This document shows positions 15,256 to 31,110 of a stretch of 64,000 nucleotides of DNA, piece by piece. The notes under the pieces were generated by a model that did not search any database, was not told where the DNA came from, and saw nothing but the letters and a program-made list of their open reading frames with translations. This DNA is from Chrysomallon squamiferum (lineage: Eukaryota > Animalia > Mollusca). The stretch lies in contig CM022668.1 in the NCBI GenBank assembly GCA_012295275.1, positions 14,074,001 to 14,138,000 on the forward strand, written 5' to 3'. How positions within the stretch are numbered: position 1 is the stretch's first letter; each line of letters opens with the position of its first letter. Position numbers and translations under genes: made by a program.

Positions 15256-16475
15256 TAAAGATATATTTATAGTTATTGTTATAGTATTAATAGTGGTAGA
15301 AGTTCTATAAGCAGTAATTAAATAGAAACTGATGTAGTATTAGTAGCAAAACTACTAATAGTAGTAATAGTTGTTGTTGATGTTGTCGTCGTATGGCCAA
15401 ATAAACCGTTGTGGGAATAATAACAGTAGTGGTGGTAGATGGCGCTGTCGTAGTAACACTAATAATAGATGTAGAATTGCAGCAGCTGTTGTAGTAATGG
15501 TAGTTGCAATAGAAGCTTCAGTAGTGGTCGTAACGTACTAGTAATACTAGTGGTAGTGGTAGAAGGTAGTAGTAGTAGTAGTAATAGTAGTAGTAGTAGT
15601 GGTGGTAAGTTGTAGTAGTAGTAGTAGTAGTAGTAGTAAACTTCACCTCAAGTAATATTTGCGTCTCCTTTTATCTTTTTTTTATTTTTATTTTTTTCCT
15701 CTGAAATATTTTGCTACGTAAGATTTCGTTTACCGTCTGCTGTTGAAATGTTATGTAAATACTGTTACGTAATACTGTCGTCACGTGTTGGTTGGCAAGA
15801 GGTCATGACCTTAATCGTTACAAAAGAGCTTACAAAGTAAAATAATTAACGACTATTTCTTTAACAACTCGTACTCAAGTGAAAAAAAAAAAAAAAAAAA
15901 AAATCAAATAATAAAAAAAAAATCTACAACACAAACAACATGACACGTGTATTCTATCACAAATGTCATGAAAAAGACAAGAAGACCTGTGCACGTCATC
16001 GACCTCGGAACGTTTCATTATACCTGAAGGGGAGAAAGGATAAGACAAGAGCCTGTATCCTTGAACCAGATTTCTAAACATTTCTGATAACAAGAGAAGG
16101 TTTAAAATTTTATTCCAACTCCCTTCATCTTCTTCTAAACGTTGTGAAATGGCGTGATACAAAATTTTCGCTACAAAAATGGTTTCATACAGCGACAAGC
16201 AGAAGTGTTTTGAACATACGTTTTCCACTCATCTCCCCGTCCCAAAATTAAACTCGCCTACACTTCCAAACTACAACACAGCGAGATAGAAGACATGCGT
16301 GCAATGTAAACAGATTTTGTGGCTCTTTGATTTATTTATCAAGGCCCAATCACAGGCTAATCAAAATATCAATCGATACCAGTCTCCTTATGACAGTTTA
16401 TATTATAAATTATGAGAAAGGAAAGCATTTTTTGGGGGAGTGGGAGGTTAAGTTGTATTTAATCTACTAGTGGAA

Positions 16476-16551
<76 letters not shown>

Positions 16552-16682
16552 GTTCTTTCTTATTCTCGCACTTTCTCTTGTTCGCTCTCTCCCTCTTTTC
16601 CCCCTATCGTTCTCTCTCGCTCACTTTTCTCTCTTTCTTCCTCTTTTTCTCTCACTCTCTTTCTGCCTTACCCACAGTTATA

Positions 16683-16751
<69 letters not shown>

Positions 16752-17307
16752 ATTCGCGTCTTTCTCTCTATCTGCTTATCTGTGTGTCTCTGTGACTATT
16801 TATCCGTTCTTCCTTCCTTTTCTTCGTCCTACATGTCTTTCCATGTCATCCTTCAATGTACCCCCCTCTCTCCTTCCCTCCCCTTCCCTCCCCCTCCCTC
16901 CCTCCCTCCCTCTCTCCCTCTCCAACCTTGGTTGCCATTCTTTCGAAATACTGCACTTGGCTTTATTGCCTCACGAAGTACATAATGGCGGCCTCACATC
17001 TGTTACATTCTTGTTTACGGTTAACAAGACCCGCCTGACTCTCTCTCTCTCTCTCTCTCCGTGGCTGGCAAGTCAGCTTGCTTCCACTTGGCTTTTACCT
17101 TAACAAGGTTACCTACCTACCTACCTGCCTGTTCACGTGAACGTGCCGTCAACGATGTTTATGAACTCGCGCGAAGAGCCGCAAAGAGGGAAAGAAAGAA
17201 AAAAAAAAGAAGAAAAAAAAATATAAAAAAAAAAGGTCACAAGCTTTTGGTTTCGTTTAATGTTCCAGTGGTTTACAGCGATGACTGGTTGGGTTCGTGA
17301 TATTATA

Positions 17308-17340
<33 letters not shown>

Positions 17341-17573
17341 GTGATGGGAGGAGATGTTGTGGGTGATGACGGGATGGATACCATCATTGTGGTGGTTGTT
17401 TTTATGATGATGATGACGACGTTGGTAGAGATGATGGTATCGTGATGTTTGTGGTAAATGGGAAAAATTAATGATGATGATGATGATGATGATGATGTTG
17501 ATAATTGTGTGGGTAATGGAAGAGATGGCCGTTTTGATATTTGAAGTAAATGAGAATAACGATAAGAAGACTA

Positions 17574-17644
<71 letters not shown>

Positions 17645-18077
17645 TAATAATAATAAATAAATAAATAAATAAAATAATAACCTTTACAAGAAGATACTTC
17701 ATTCAATATATATATATATATATATAATTCTTTCTAATCTATCATTTCGCTTTATCATAATATGTTTTAAGTACATTGGTAATTAACCAAGTGTGACGGT
17801 TTCTTCAATTTATCCAGTTCATTAATTTTACTTAAAGATTACTTCAAATTAATTTTATACTTATTCTAACTTAAGATTATTCTTTAAGTTCGATTTAACC
17901 GACATTTTCTTTTAAGGACATTCACACTACTACAAGCACACTGTAAGTTTGATTGATCTGATAGTTCGCTTTAAGCATTTTCGTACTATTAATTAATTAA
18001 TTAATTAATTAATTAATAATAATAATAATAATAATAACAATAATAAAAGTAATAATAATAATAATAATAAAAATAAT

Positions 18078-18121
<44 letters not shown>

Positions 18122-18644
18122 TGATGATGATGATGATGATGATAATTTGTAGCTTAGCGATGATGCATTTCGCCTAACCCACGGACCCTAGTACTTAGTT
18201 TATCGTTTTAAGCTCGGTCGCTCTAATCCAAGGTTACTGTATTTAAATTTCAAAGGTCACCTGCAAAAAGACTCTACTCCAAACATTACTCAACACAATT
18301 CATTCAATAAAACCTCCTAAGAACGTGAGACGGATATATAACTAGTGCCCCACAAACCTATATTTTTATGACTTTAAAAAAAATATCAAATGGAATAAAC
18401 TAAATAAAAAAGATAAAAATGATGAAAATGATATCCCCGGCACGGTGGTTTGTCGTTCGAGATAAAAACAAACTTTGACCTCAAGGTCATAAATGTCGTG
18501 AATGGATGGTAAGTGATATCTTGTAATGTCACTGTAACGTCCTTACTAGATCTTGTATTCGTCTCGTTTGTTAGTTTCAAAGTCACAGTTTGGTTCTGTT
18601 TCAGTGGCATAGCATTATTTTGAGTTGTGTATTAAGTGCTCGAG

Positions 18645-18729
<85 letters not shown>

Positions 18730-18733
<4 letters not shown>

Positions 18734-18988
18734 TTGGGACCGGAATATTTCGTCTAAATACGTCTAAATACGAATACCATTTATTTTTCATATAACACAG
18801 ATAGTCTGCAAAATTATTAAAATAATTTCGTACTTAAAATGCGCTTTGTATATGCAAAAAAAAAAAAAAAAAAAAAAAAGTCCGACAACTGTTAAGATAT
18901 TATTATTATTTCTACTGCTCGGAAAACGTTTCCGATTTCGGAGCTTTTCGGATTTCGGAATTTCGGATAAAGGATCCTGAACGCATTA
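18730..18988. mobile_element. Degenerate pogo/Tigger-type (Tc1/mariner superfamily) non-autonomous DNA transposon relic
   Basis: Left end ATGCTTGGGACCGGAA (abutting an (AG)n tract) and right end GCTCGGAAAACGTTTCCGATTTCGGAGCTTTTCGGATTTCGGAATTTCGGATAAAGGAT resemble the two ends of Tigger4/MER46-type elements as I recall them (TTTCGGA subterminal repeats). Not verified by search; no transposase. Confidence 0.45.
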
Positions 18989-19844
18989 CAAGTTTACGCA
19001 TGCCAGGTAGTCTGTTCATGCCTAATCTTTTTTTTTTTTTGCTTGTTTGTTTTTATTGTATGAAGGTCTTCGTGATAAAGCTGTTTCGCAGAGGAATGTA
19101 AGAACATGAACGATTAAATTGTCTGTGATTTGTTTGCACGTGATTTGTAAACGAGATAAAGACGGAGGAGCGAGGAGGTATGCAGGAGGAATTTCAGAGC
19201 AAAGAAGAAAGGAAGAAAGTGCGATACAACAAAAAAAACCTCAAAGTTGTTTCTGTTGTTGTTGTTGTTGTTAATATTAATATTATTAGTTGTTTTTATT
19301 GTTGTTGCTGCTGCTGCTGCTGCTGTATCTTTAAACGACTTTACTTCCACGTTCGCATCAGCAAAATGATTATCTTCGTAATTATACTTCGGTGCATCCG
19401 GTTACGTGATGGGACTCCCCGCACGCAATGTGCACTTTTAAACTGATTTAACTCTATCGTACACATTGTTTTGTAGCAGTTTTCTAACTCTACCCTAGCT
19501 TGGCAACATTTTCTCAAACGAAGGAATGCAGGGGTGAAAAAAAAAACCTTCCATGTCGTATGTATGTCAAACTCGTGCAGACAGCGATAATCTCGCAACA
19601 AACGTTACTCCGCGAGATGTCTGTGTGATATGTCGTAATCGCTTAGTCAGCAGTACCCTTGAAAAATACTCTCGACCTTTTTCCACCTTTGTACTACTAC
19701 CTGAAGACCTACTACAGAGAATGTGTGTGTGCGTGCGTGCGTGCATCAGCGTAAGTGGAGCGAGCGAACGAGAGAGAGAGAATAAAAAACGTAGATAGAT
19801 GTTTGAAATATATATGTATACGTGTAATACATACATGAGAACAT

Positions 19845-19882
19845 ACATACATATATTATATATATACATATATATATGTATG

Positions 19883-19915
<33 letters not shown>

Positions 19916-20022
19916 ATGTATGTATGTATGTATATATATATATGTATGTATGTATATATATATATATGTATGTATATATATATATGTATGTGTATATATG
20001 TATATGTATGTATGTATGTATG

Positions 20023-20071
<49 letters not shown>

Positions 20072-20084
20072 ATATATATGTATG

Positions 20085-20165
<81 letters not shown>

Positions 20166-20180
20166 ATATATATATATATA
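19845..20180. repeat. Compound (TA)n/(TATG)n microsatellite
   Basis: Direct reading. Confidence 0.95.
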
Positions 20181-21117
20181 CTCTAGCAAAGCGACAGACA
20201 GACAGGTAGATAGGTATGCAGGCAGATAGAGAGACAGATCAATGCAAGGAGTGTGGCAATCAAAACAAACGAAGAGAAAATAAATAAACATTTGTTAATG
20301 AAGATTATGGCGTAGTTTTTCTTTATATATATAATTCTATACGTAGAAATAGTTGCGCACGCACATACACACATATTCTAACTTTTTTTTTTTTTTTTTT
20401 TTTTAAACTTGAATTGAATGTAATAACAATAAAGTAAACACTAGCTGTTAACACTGAACACATAACATACGTCATCTTGACCAAACAAAAAAAACAAAAA
20501 AACACCATCTAGAGACCTCCACAGGGAAGGGTCTTTTCAAATGTCTAAAATATAAAAAAAATAAAATAATAATAATAACAACAACCTTTCATGGATCTAA
20601 TACTCTGCTTACGTATGTTCAAAAAAAAAAAAAAGGCTTGCACAAAACGCTGTCCAGACACAAGGCAAATCACGTCCCAATTCTTTATAGCCAGCGGTAT
20701 TAGCCAAAAGTATTTATTGAATTTTTTTCAAATCCGCCAACAATACGAATGAAGACACGTCAGGCAAGCGTGGAGTACGTGAGATGAAGCAGACACGATG
20801 AAACACACACACAAGGAACAATAGATTTTCGTCTGCTAAGGTGCGCCGTACTGGTAAGAGAACGTGCGCCGAATTACCGGCTCGCAAAAAAAAAAAAAAA
20901 AAAAAAAAAATTCTGCGAACGTGCAAAAGCTAAAAATAGAAACACCGTCTAGCGAAATGTGAGCTGGGATAGCGCGCGCTCCTATAGCCAATATATCCCG
21001 CGAGAATGTCACTGAAACAAAATCACAGGAATACTTGGACTAGTTTACAGAAATTCTTTTAACTGTTTCTGTTTCGCCGTGTATAAACGAAGCGTATTAA
21101 CGAGGTTCAAGGTGGGA

Positions 21118-21149
<32 letters not shown>

Positions 21150-21280
21150 GAGTGCATCTGTGAACGTAATAACTGATGTTGGATTTTTAAACCATACCAG
21201 TAATTCTTTGTTTCATTTTTAATTTTATTTTTAATTTTTATTTTTACAGACAGGCAAATAGATGGAAAGGGTAAGGGAGT

Positions 21281-21358
<78 letters not shown>

Positions 21359-23061
21359 ATGATAGATGCATAGATAAATAGATAGACTGAAAGATACAGA
21401 TGGACAGAGATAGATAGAGATATAGATGAATGGATGGAAAGACAGACAAATAGATAGAGAGAATATTGTTCATTCCAATTTCATTTTCATTTTTTTCTCT
21501 CTGTTTTATTTTGGAGTTAGGGATGCAGTGATCAAATACCCGATGACGTCATTCAGTTTAATATCATTCTTTAGCAGCAGTAAGACATTTTTTAACTTGA
21601 ACATACCCATACGCACGACAAAAAAAACGCATACCACACTATTAGCAGAAAAAAACCTGCAATCCATTTCTGCATTACAAGTAAAAAAAAAAAAAAATCC
21701 ACCCCCCAAAGACCGTGTCGTCAATGGAACCCGTGACCCCAAAAACAAAACCTCAAACCAGCATATAACACTATATAACTCACGTCTGGAGCTGCAATGA
21801 ACGTTGTTTGAATTTCTATTGATTATTTTTTTTCTTTCGTAAAAGCGGGTCGAGCTGCGACGGGCTTAGGGAAAAACTAAAACCGAGCAGACGACAACGT
21901 TATCGATTTCTGTTTCGCTCAGTCGCCATGATGTGGCGTAACCCCTTTCCAGACATGCGCGCATAAATTACGCGGTTAGTTTCTGAACGCGCGTGTAATC
22001 CACTCGTGCGTTTTAGACACAGCTTCGTTACTGTTGTTGTAGTCGTCGTTGTTGTATAGATTAGATAGACACGTACACATGTGTGTTTTCTGATTAATGT
22101 ATTTTAGATATATATATATATATATATAAAAAACAATTTTTTTTTTTTTTTTTTTTGTATTCCTCGGTTACAACATAGGTAACATATGTACAAAAATAAT
22201 TCTGGAATGTATAAATGCGTATTTAAAACGTATTACATATGCGTGTATGTCTCATCTGATACGTTTTGAATACCAGTTATTATGCATATGGATACGTTTC
22301 CAAAATGGACACAAAGAATGAATATTTATTAAATTTTTTAGACAGATATTTTACACAAAATTGTGATTACATAACCATCGAAAATGTATTCGTAATTAAA
22401 TACATATTTTATTTATTTATTTATTTATTTAATTATAATGTTCCTTTTTATACTGATCTTAAACACGAAATTAATCATCAACAAAAACAAAAACAACAAC
22501 AACAACAACAACAACACCTCCAAATTCCTTGCCACGTGACATTACCCACAGACCCACTCTCCGAAAGAAAAAAAAAAAAAAAAAAAAACAATTCGACCAA
22601 TCACAACCGTTCCATGACCTTCAACCCACATCTTTGAGGATGGCCTAATTCACGGAGAATCCGCATTTCAGAAGATGGCCTAATTCGCGGACAAGCTGTT
22701 TCACGGAAAATTCCGGGCAGTGGGAAGGGCCCCGGTTTCGTTTGTTTATAAATGACGTCAACGTTTGTTTTCTATTTATCAATGCCATACGATCCCAAAG
22801 TCCTGCTAGCTCATGAAGCCAGCAAATACCACAAACAATTCTCGTGTCCTCTGAACGGCTGAAAGGTGAAAGAGATATTAGGAGTTTCGACAACTGCGTG
22901 TTTCGGTTGATTACTGGAAAGACCAGCTTGTCAATAATCCATTATTTGAAGAGGTCCAATAATTTACTGTTTCCTGAAAACCTCTGCTTAACTGTAACAG
23001 TAGCCAGTCTAACTGTCCATTAGAGCATTTTGATGATGTTTAAAGATATTTACACAACTCT

Positions 23062-23387
<326 letters not shown>

Positions 23388-23525
23388 ATCGAGATGATGA
23401 TGATGACGAAGGTAAGGGAGATGACAAATCAGATGATGGAAAGAATGGTGAGAAAGATGATGATTAAAATAAAGAGATGACAATGACGATGATGCCAGAA
23501 AATATGTACTAAGATGGAAATGCAG

Positions 23526-23565
<40 letters not shown>

Positions 23566-23893
23566 GAAACATATCTAGAGTTTGCGCACACACACACACA
23601 CACAACACACAACATCTGCAACCTCGTGATTTTTCTACCTTTTCGCATCCAGTAGCTTCACATTCGTTAATAAAACTGAACACTCGTTTCATTAGAAGTA
23701 ATAACAACAGTTTGCCAGTGAATACTAGAGATCATGCTTCCTTTTTATTATTCGTGCAGATGTACTGCTCACGTCTAAAGGTAAAAACTTTCTGATGCAA
23801 CGAGATGGCAATAATCCAACAGTAGGGTGGGCAAAGAGAGAAAGGGAAAAGCGAACAGTGAAAGTACGTAAGAACGAAACGATATAAGGTGAT

Positions 23894-24003
<110 letters not shown>

Positions 24004-24889
24004 ATAAAGATAGAGAGAATGAGAAAGATAAAGAACGACAGAATAACAAACAGTATTTGAATGGCAAACCCTTTAACAGACAAAACGAAACCGAAAGAAA
24101 GATGAAAAAAAAAAAAAATAAATAAATAAACAAATAATTTTTTAAAAAACCCACTGCAAATAAAACAAAACAAAACAGAAAAGCAAAAAAAAACAACAAG
24201 ACACACAACGGAAGAATAACTAACGACTAAAAAAAAAAAAAAAAAAAAACAAACGAAACGAAACACAAAAAAAAAAAAAAAAAAAAAAAAATCTCTGTGT
24301 AGGCGAATTACCTCTAACAGTGCCGAGCTTCCACTTGTTCTGAAAATGCTGTTGAGCTTGACGCACATTATCTCGGACCTCTTTACAACTCTACTATCCT
24401 GTCTCAGACAGACACACACACACACACACACACAGAACGAATCTGTTCCCTCTTGCAGCGCTAATTAAATAGTTCAGGCTTGGGAACGCTGATCCAGAAC
24501 TTGCTTTACAGGCGAGAAGCTCCAGCGAAGTGAATAAAACGTCTCGCCGCGCCGTTCTTGAACGCGAAAACGTCAAATAAAGCAATCGAGGAACTCGCCG
24601 GCGAACGACGGGGGTGGTGGGGTAGGAGGGGGTGGGTGGGGTGTGGTGGGAGGGGGGGGGTGGAATCAGATACGCCGGTAACGAAGGACGAACGGACAAA
24701 TAGATTATATGATATGGTTGTAGTGGATTTCTGATTAACTTGTAGAATCGTGGTTATTGAAGAACTGCCAAAGAACAAATATGAGTTCGATTTTGTTGTA
24801 TTTGTTTTTTATCTTTTTTTTTTTTTTTTTTTTTTTTTTTCCGATTTGGTAACCGATATCTTGAATCGATGAATAATACTGATTATTAG

Positions 24890-24990
24890 ATCCCCAGTTT
24901 AAAGAAATGTTCATCGATTTGGGGAATAATCGTTAACCATAGATGGACCGTCACCGATTTAAAGACATTTACACAGATTTAGCAAGCCAA

Positions 24991-25030
<40 letters not shown>

Positions 25031-25260
25031 TGGTGGATGGATCCACCAATTTAAAAACATTTCCATAAAATTTACCACCTAAAATTTTTAATCAATGGAA
25101 CGAGACAATGGCACCAGCTTTGAGACATTTTCATAGATTTATCATCCTCTGCTTTAACAAAGTTTAAAACAAATCAAAATACCAGTATTCAACCATTTTA
25201 AGGACATCTCCACAGATTTCACAGACTATGATGAAATCGATTTAAAAAATGTTTTCATGT
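24890..25260. repeat. Degenerate tandem repeat, about six copies of a core like CACCGATTTAAAGACATTT-CACAGATTT at irregular ~40-90 bp spacing
   Basis: Related cores near 24893, 24952, 25043, 25112, 25190 and 25235. Confidence 0.5.
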
Positions 25261-25802
25261 TATCAGTCATCAGAATTTCTGATCAAATAAAACATTCTAC
25301 GTGTCTCGTTTCTTACCGTTTTGGGTACCATCAAAGATAATTAAGTTTGATTAGCAAATTTCATGCTGTCATATAATGTATATCACTCCAGCTTAACATA
25401 ATAATAATATAAAAAGTAATAAATGGAAAGAATAAAACAGAACGAATAAAAGAACAAACGAAGTATGTAAGTATGTGAATAAAAAAGGAAACGCATATAC
25501 ACTTAAACACATAAAAGGTATATCTCACATAAACATGTATGTATGTATATATGTATGTATGTATGTATTATATATATATACATACACACATACATACATA
25601 CACACAGAGAGAGAGAGAGACACACACACAGAGAGTGACACGCAAACACGCATATAAACAAGTTCATATACTCATTTACATACATACATATGTTATTGAT
25701 TTCGTTTATCATATATATATATAGGTGTTGATGGTAAGTTTATAACCTACATACAGCTATTTAGATGTAAACAAGTTTTATAACAACGCCTGACAAAATA
25801 TT

Positions 25803-25847
<45 letters not shown>

Positions 25848-25875
25848 AATAAATAAATAAATAAAATACTAATAA

Positions 25876-25906
<31 letters not shown>

Positions 25907-26236
25907 AAATATAAAATTAAATGAAAACAATGTAATTTATATAAATAAAATAAAATAAAATAAATAAAGCAAAAGCAAAAAATAAATAATAATAACCTCA
26001 CATTTCCGTGAGGTGTGCATATGTTTGGTATGTATATATTACACGTCTATGTATGTATATATATATATATATATGTATGTACGTGTGTGTACATGTTTTT
26101 ATGTATGTACAATTTATATTAATACCTACACTGTATAACGTTTATCAGGCTACAATAACGTGGATATTGATGAGACTAACGTAACACTGTAGACAGATAC
26201 AAAAAATAATAATAAAAAATATAATAATAATAAATT

Positions 26237-26267
<31 letters not shown>

Positions 26268-26739
26268 ATTGCTTTTCTTTTTAATGTCCATAACATGTGG
26301 TTATGAAAAATGTCTTTGGCGAATGATCCACCACAGAAATATGTGGAAGTGAATTTTTTATTTTTTTTTTTTTTTTATTATTATTATTTTTTTTTTTTTT
26401 TTTTTTTTTTTACCTTTTGCTTTGAAATTCATTGTACGGATCATGATTTAGTGCTGTTTTATGCTTACTGGAGGAATGTTTTTCCTATTTAATTCTGTTT
26501 CGTCGTTTTTCGTTTTTATTCTGTTTCTTTTTAATGCCATATTTCATTCTTTTAATTTTTAATTCTTTTTTTTTTTTTTTTTTTTTTTGGTGTCGTTTTC
26601 GTTTTGCAAAAAATATGGAATGTTAAAAATGATTTGAAATTTATTTCCTATTATTTTTTATTTTTTTTTAAATCTGTTACTGAAACTTGTATTTGTGTGT
26701 GTATATACATATATAATTGTGTATGTATGTATGTTATAT

Positions 26740-26775
<36 letters not shown>

Positions 26776-27045
26776 TATTACACAGGAAAAAAAAAATTGG
26801 TGTTGTTTTACAAATTCTTTTCCCCTTCTCCATAAAAAGATAGAAAACTATTAGTGCCATTCTTAATTAGCAGAAAAGGTTAGTGTGAAGAAAACAAATA
26901 AAAAACTTAAAATATAGAAAAGTGGTATAAAGAAATAAATAAAACTAGTCGCTTTGAAGTATAGAAAGTTAGGTGTTATATTACAAATAAAACAGTCACT
27001 TGAACAAATGCAGGATTATGTTATAGTAACAAATATAACAATTAC

Positions 27046-27098
<53 letters not shown>

Positions 27099-27382
27099 TC
27101 AAATATATATATTCATATGTAGATAGATACAAATGTGTTTTGTGTATTTGTATGTACGTGTATATATATACACACAAGATTAATATATATTTTTAGCGAT
27201 AAATTTAATCACTAGCAAAAGGTACAAAAATAGTGTTTAGTGACAAATGTAGTAATAATAATAGCTTGGAGATGTACAAGATTAGTTGTTGGTGACGGTT
27301 ATGTGAAACTGCAGTAAACACGTTTTGACCATAAACGAAATACGAGTACAAGTACACTGAAATTAACGTTGACCGCAATAGG

Positions 27383-27418
<36 letters not shown>

Positions 27419-27457
27419 TTTCTCATTATTTTTTCGTTTTGTTCTTCGCGTGTTTTA

Positions 27458-27488
<31 letters not shown>

Positions 27489-27900
27489 GACCTCTTTTAA
27501 CCTTGCACGATTGACTCCGATTTCATGTCGATTGACATAATTGTTGATAACAATTCTTTTTTTTTTTTTTTTTTTTTTTCCTTATTATTTCTTTACTCCT
27601 ATCATGACTCATGGAACAAACAAAAGAAAAATAAAAAAAATTTGAAGTCTGGGTGACTTTTCGGTTTATCGTTGTTAGGTTGAGTAAAGATTTCTACGGG
27701 CAGAACGTGTAGTAGATAAAAATACTGACATTCATGAATGAACTTTTGGGTGAATTGGCGCGTGGCGAAATTTCCCGCGTGAGTGATTATCTAGCAGACG
27801 ACAGACAGCGTAAAAGCAGAAAGACGTTGAAATAAATTTATTTTTACTGATGTACTTTTAATACCTGTGTATTGTTACTGCTTGTTATTATTATTATTAA

Positions 27901-27933
<33 letters not shown>

Positions 27934-28464
27934 CAGTAATAATAAAGTAGTAGTAGTAGTAGTTGTAGTTGTAGTTGTAGTAGTAGTAGTAGTACTAGCA
28001 ATAGCGGTATAAGTAGTAGTAATAATAGCTTTAGCAATAATAGTAGTTGTTGTAGTAGTAATGGTAGTAGTAGTAGTAATAATAGCATTAATAATAGTAG
28101 TTGTAGTAGTTGTTGTAATACAAGAAATAAAAACAGTAGTAGAAGTCACTGTTGTCGAAACAGCAACAGAAGAAAACGTTGGTGGTGAAAGCTAAGTTTG
28201 ATTGTAGCAGCAGTAGTAGTATACAAAATGTATTCTTGCTTTTCATTTCGTAGTTTTGAAGTGTTACATTTGATTGTTTAATTATCGATCTGTCACAAAC
28301 GTGAACCACCAAGCTCACGTTACGGTTGTCGTGTTGACGTCAGTACTGACTGACTCATCGCCGACGTTGTCAATGTGTGATAATAAAAACACGCACGTAC
28401 CACACTCCGAATCTTGACAGTGTCAAACAATATATATATCGCGCGCACGTTTTGTAGTTGTAAC

Positions 28465-28536
<72 letters not shown>

Positions 28537-30405
28537 TTTGATTAAACGATATGTGGATAGACAGACAGATAAACAAACAGATGGACAAAATGAATGATAA
28601 ACAGATTAGTTCACTTGGTACTTGTTTGGTAAAACCTCTGGAATAAAACATGTTTGTTATTTGTTCGCCATATTGTACGGTATTTTTACAACCTCTACTC
28701 CCAACGTATCATATCGGCTCTCCAGTTTAAAATTCCTCACCCCCACACACAAGCGCGCGCGCCATCCCCCCCAGTCAAATCCACTGTCAACTTAGACACC
28801 TACACGACATCACCCCGTTTAACCCACGTGCCTTGCCGAGTAAAACTGATGATGAAATAAGCGCCAGTATGACAGCAATAAAGGAGGGAAAATCCTGTGT
28901 ACAATTAACAGAGAGAATAAAAAAAAAAATACACACACAAAAAAAAAGAGATGATATTAACATAAAAGAAAGAAACGATTTAGTAGTAAATGAGAAAATT
29001 TCTCAGTCCTACCTTAGAGCGAACAATGAGCGCTTCGACTTGACCAACGTTGTACCCCGACATTTTTGAAAATACCCCGGCATCGACTGAGGGGGCTTTC
29101 AGCGCAGTGTACACTCTCTGTAATGTTCTTTTCGAAGTATTGACAAAACCTAAATACAACACATTGACCGATATTCCGCCAAGGGACGTAACCCGAGCGA
29201 GGAATTAATGCATTAGCGATCGACCAACCACGGCGTTCGTTTTCTGGATGCCATGTTACCGGGCGTGGGCATGCGGGCCTTATTTGGCGGTAGATTTGTA
29301 TGGTTTCAATGGACGCCGGGGCAAAACATATGTTAGCTTGCAGTTGTTATTTAATGTGTCGTTAACTGGGGAAAAGTAGAAAAATGAAGAGTATGGTACT
29401 AATGCTAATTATAAAGACTGTTGTAGGTGGGGGAAAAAGCCTGCGTTACGGGAGGGATATAGGAAACGGGAAAACAGACACTCGGCTAGTTCCGGCATCA
29501 TTCACATATTTTGTACGACTTACACGTGGCCGTTGCCAGTCGTCACGTTCTGTTTCTGTTACGCAGAGGTCGCGACCTCCACTCTCTAACCTTACGTGTC
29601 ATTGATGATCGCGTGTTGGAGAAACAGAAATTAACTGGCGGGAAGCTGGTTCGATTCTCGCCGCTAGAACTAGAACGTGGAGGATTTTTTTTTTTAATAT
29701 ATTTTCTTTCTTTATTTTATTTTATTTTATTTTGATATTTATTTATTTATTTATTTATTTATTTATTGTACTTGTTTTTTTTTTTTTTTTCTTTTTTTTT
29801 CTTCGAATTTATTATTATTATTATTATTTTATAAATTTAATCGCTATTGTCGTCACATTTATGATCATAATTATTATTGTATATAAATTGTCATCAGAAT
29901 TAATAATATTATTATTACCGTCATCTTCATTAACATATAATTATCAGCATTATCGTTAATCATAAATATTTTATTTCTTTTGTTGTGGAATCCCACACAA
30001 TGTCACGAATTAATAAACAGATGTCCTCTGTGTTTAGTATTTTAGTTCTACATTATCATTTTTAATTACACTGGTGGTGTTTTGTTCATTAATTAATTAA
30101 TTAATCTGTTTTATTTATTTTTTTATTTACTTACATACTTATTTATCGTTTTATTTATTTATTTGCTATTTGACTTTTTTTTTTTTAGTTCAATTGTTAT
30201 TCATTATTCAGGTAGCAGCTATGGTTTCAGATAAGAATTATAACCTTGAATAACGATAATGACATGAACCACCTGCTCAACGTTGAACTGTTGTCTACTT
30301 CTGTTGTTTGTTGTTGTTGTTTTTGCTGTTCTAATTACTGTTTCATATATACGCACAAATATAATTCATACAAATACACAAAACACATTTGTATCTATCT
30401 ACAGG

Positions 30406-30470
<65 letters not shown>

Positions 30471-30483
30471 ATCTATCTATCTA

Positions 30484-30525
<42 letters not shown>

Positions 30526-31079
30526 AGTTTATTTTGATGTTCCTCAAACGCGAACATAGATTCACAGAAAATATTGTGTGTGTGTACGTGCGTTTGTGTG
30601 TGTGTGCGTGCGTTTGTGTGTGTGTACGTGCGTTTGTGTGTGTGTGCGTGCGTTTATGATGTGTGTGTGTGTGTGTGTAAAAACAAATATATACAGACTC
30701 CCACAGATGTATTATTATTCTGTTATCCACATGCGTAGCTATGACGTCATCAACATTGTTGTTTTCTTCTGTGACCTCATTAATTCGTGTTGTGCATAGG
30801 AAAATTAATTACGTTACTGACCAGCTCGGAATCATTAATAAGACAGCTGTTGCCTGTTGTTACAGCTGCTACAGCTTCAGGTAACATGGCCAGGTTAATA
30901 GTGATAGTGACTATTATTATGATAGTGATAGTGATTACGTGATGACGAATTGATGATGACGATGATGATGCTGATGGTGATACCAATGATAATATAACGA
31001 TCATGTCATAACGTAAAAGTAATCGACATCAAGTGAATATTAATTTGCATTTTTAATTTATGTTATATTGTTCTAAATA

Positions 31080-31110
<31 letters not shown>

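Noticed and set aside
15875-16228. 117-aa minus-strand ORF in unique sequence
   Set aside because: Non-ATG start, no recognisable motif, ends in a poly-T tract, no convincing splice pair.
27755-29644. E2F-like sites (TTGGCGC, TTTCCCGC, GGCGGGAA) in CpG-richer patches
   Set aside because: Few, short and scattered, with no associated gene; compatible with chance.
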